From Thermoproteota archaeon (GTDB lineage: Archaea; Thermoproteota; EX4484-205; JAAOZP01), in the NCBI GenBank assembly GCA_049700215.1, contig JBNAVT010000025.1, positions 1 to 28,236 of the forward strand: DNA of 28,236 nucleotides, written 5' to 3'. Position 1 is the stretch's first letter. Each line of letters begins with the position of its first letter. Below the pieces are notes generated by a model, which had not been told where the DNA came from, searched no databases, and worked only from the letters and a program-made list of their open reading frames with translations. The translations under genes and the position numbers were made by a program. This document shows positions 26,233 through 28,236 of the stretch, piece after piece.

Positions 26233-26265
26233 CTCAGAGTTACTCTGAGGCTAAACCTTTTTAAA
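26233..26265 (+). promoter_or_regulatory. Inverted repeat CTCAGAGT-T-ACTCTGAG followed by TATA-like TTTTTAAA, upstream of sufC
   Basis: Perfect 8-bp arms at 26233-26240 and 26242-26249; TATA-like element at 26258-26265; ATG at 26301. Confidence 0.5.
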
Positions 26266-26300
26266 CCATCTTCAACCGGAAAAATAAGCGGGTAATATAA

Positions 26301-27041
26301 ATGCTTTATTTGAAAGACCTCGTCGTAGAGCTCGGGGGCAAAACCGTGATTAAAGGAGTAGCCCTTCAAGTTAACAGTGGAGAGCTAGCCCTCCTTATGG
26401 GGCCCAACGGCTCAGGAAAATCTACACTGCTGCACGCGATAGTTGGAGATAAAAGATGTAGAGTGGTTTCAGGATCCCTGTTTTTCAACGGGACTGAGTT
26501 GACTGGCTTAACGATGGAGGAGAGGGTTAGGCTGGGCCTAGGCCTAGGCTTCCAGTTCCCGCCGAGGTTGAAAGGCGTCAGGCTCAGGAGCCTAGCGTTG
26601 AGGGTGCTTGAGAAAAGAGGCCTGCCGAGGGATGAGGCTGAGAGGGTTCTGGAAGAGTATTCGGGTCTCCTGAGACTGGAGGGTCTTCTAGACAAGGATT
26701 TCAACGTCGGCTTCAGCGGGGGAGAAGCTAAAAGGGCTGAGCTAATGCTGACCCTGCTTCAAAACCCTCGCCTCCTGCTTTTAGACGAGCCTGATTCCGG
26801 CGTCGACGTGGAGAATCTTGCACTCATGGGTTCAGCAATATCCCGCTACCTGTCTTCAAACGGGAGGGCAGCAATACTGATAACCCATACGGGTTATATT
26901 GCTAAACACGTCAAGGCTTCTGAAGCACACGTTATGATCAACGGGCGCATAGTGTGCAGCGGAGACCCTGAGGAAATGGTTTCAAACATCATGGAGCACG
27001 GTTTCGAAGCGTGCGTGAACTGCGGGAGGGCTAAACGGTGA
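26301..27041 (+). CDS. sufC: Fe-S cluster assembly ABC ATPase SufC (SmsC-type)
   Basis: GPNGSGKST, FQ.PP, FSGGE.KR.E, LLDEPDSGVD, IITH, and C-terminal IVCSG...FEACVNC. Confidence 0.92.
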   Translation: MLYLKDLVVELGGKTVIKGVALQVNSGELALLMGPNGSGKSTLLHAIVGDKRCRVVSGSLFFNGTELTGLTMEERVRLGLGLGFQFPPRLKGVRLRSLALRVLEKRGLPRDEAERVLEEYSGLLRLEGLLDKDFNVGFSGGEAKRAELMLTLLQNPRLLLLDEPDSGVDVENLALMGSAISRYLSSNGRAAILITHTGYIAKHVKASEAHVMINGRIVCSGDPEEMVSNIMEHGFEACVNCGRAKR

Positions 27042-28236
27042 ATCTGGATGAGGCTAGAAGGCTTCTTAAGCCGAAGGCTGAGAAAGCCTTGGCGAAACCG
27101 GCTCCACACGGTTTAGACCTGAACCTTTCAGGTTTTAAGCTTGGAACAGGCTTTGGAACAGGGGTTGAAGGCTCTGAGAAGATTCTAGAATCTGTGGGAA
27201 TAGACTTGGATGAGAGGAACAGGTCTGGAAGCTACTACCAGGTGGATAACAGGGCAGTTTATTCCTCCACCAGGCAGAGCGGGTTAACGGTTAAACCTTT
27301 AAGCCAGGCTCTTCAAGACCCTGAAAACCTAGACTACTACTGGAAGGTGCTTCCAGTAGACACTGACAAGTATACTGCTGCAGCGTTCCTAGGGGAAAAA
27401 GAAGGATACTTCATAAAGGTGGATGACAGTGTTAATGTTGACACGCCCGTGCAAGCCTGCCTCCTCCTAAGGACACCGGGCTTGATTCAGGCTCCGCACA
27501 ACATAGTGGTGGTTGGCGAGAACTCTAGGGTGCACGTGATAACGGGGTGCGCCGCCATGAGGGAAGAGGCTGGCCTACACATCGGAGTATCCGAGTTCTA
27601 CGTGAAGAAGGGAGGCACCCTAACTTTCACCATGATCCACAGCTGGGGTAAAGCTATTCACGTCAGGCCTAGGACAGTAGCCCATGTTGAGGAAAACGGC
27701 GTCTTCATAAGCCACTACATAAACACCTCGCCAGTCTCCTCTCTCCAAACACACCCTGTAGCATATCTAAACGGGAAGGGGAGCAGAGCCCACTTGTCAT
27801 CCATAATAATAGGGAGAGGAGCATCCCGCATTGACGTGGGCGGCACCCTGGAACTGGGTGCTCCAGCATGCTCAGGCGAAATACTTTCCAGAACAATAGG
27901 CTTCGACGAGAGCACAACCATCGCCAGAGCCAGGGTCGCCGGCAAGGCTCCAGGAGTTAGGGGGCATGTGGAGTGCAGGGGACTACTGTTATCGAACGAG
28001 TCTAGGATAGACGCAATACCTGAGCTGGAGGCAAGGGTGCAGGATGTTCAGCTGACTCATGAGGCTGCCATAGGCAGAATAGCCGAGGAGGAACTAATAT
28101 ACCTCGTGGCAAGAGGCTTTACAGAGGAAGAAGCCAGATCAATAATAGTGAGAGGCTTCCTGAGCGTCGAGCTTACAGGCCTCCCTGAAAACCTAGCCAA
28201 GTACTTAGAAAGCATTCTGGACAGCTTGGCAGCTTC
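27038..28236 (+). CDS. sufB: SufB/SufD-family Fe-S scaffold (SmsB-type), 3' end runs off the window
   Basis: Not in the ORF track; translated by hand from GTG 27038 (GTGA overlap with the sufC stop): YYWK..PVDTDKYTA, Q..HNIVV, ITGC, H.GVSEFYV, TMIHSW, VRPRT, GHVECRGL, AIPEL, LTHEAAIG.IAEE...YL.ARG. Confidence 0.92.
   Translation, partial: MNLDEARRLLKPKAEKALAKPAPHGLDLNLSGFKLGTGFGTGVEGSEKILESVGIDLDERNRSGSYYQVDNRAVYSSTRQSGLTVKPLSQALQDPENLDYYWKVLPVDTDKYTAAAFLGEKEGYFIKVDDSVNVDTPVQACLLLRTPGLIQAPHNIVVVGENSRVHVITGCAAMREEAGLHIGVSEFYVKKGGTLTFTMIHSWGKAIHVRPRTVAHVEENGVFISHYINTSPVSSLQTHPVAYLNGKGSRAHLSSIIIGRGASRIDVGGTLELGAPACSGEILSRTIGFDESTTIARARVAGKAPGVRGHVECRGLLLSNESRIDAIPELEARVQDVQLTHEAAIGRIAEEELIYLVARGFTEEEARSIIVRGFLSVELTGLPENLAKYLESILDSLAA

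Noticed and set aside
27141-27162. TTGGAACAGG repeated at a 12-nt period in sufB
   Set aside because: In-frame micro-duplication (LGTG-FGTG) in a variable N-terminal region.
1-28236. tRNA, rRNA, inteins, defence systems
   Set aside because: No cloverleaf or rRNA signatures in the intergenic gaps by eye, protein lengths fit intein-free forms, and no defence genes were recognised. Small guide RNAs could have been missed.

Overview
Archaeal core-genome window. The information-processing genes look TACK-like, but I cannot assign a finer taxon from sequence alone. It is densely coding and mostly housekeeping. In order: the UPF0147/UPF0148 pair, Hef helicase-nuclease, tmk, an HD-domain hydrolase, an archaeal lipid cluster (UbiD-family decarboxylase plus two aconitase-X subunits of the modified mevalonate pathway, divergent from a degenerate RadB-like gene and carS), type IA topoisomerase, AglB, the conserved cluster rpl10e-csl4-rpoL-tfs-pcn-priL-priS-gins-rpl44e-rps27e-aIF2a-nop10-PAC2, trmJ, a DRG-like TGS protein, a HemK-like methyltransferase, DUF655, and a SufC/SufB (SmsC/SmsB-type) pair running off the right edge. 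I saw no rRNA, tRNA, CRISPR array, transposase or integrase, and no clear new multi-gene system. The best oddities are: (1) a 495-bp insert bounded by an exact 15-bp direct repeat that holds the stop codons of both hef and tmk and carries a frameshifted small gene; (2) two apparently dead P-loop proteins (DRG-like and RadB-like); (3) pcn and nop10 each flipped within an otherwise co-directional cluster; (4) a HemK-like gene whose conserved N-terminal motif lies upstream of any canonical start codon; (5) a GC-rich leader with alternative pairings over the DUF655 ribosome-binding site. Family calls come from motif recognition by eye, not database searches.
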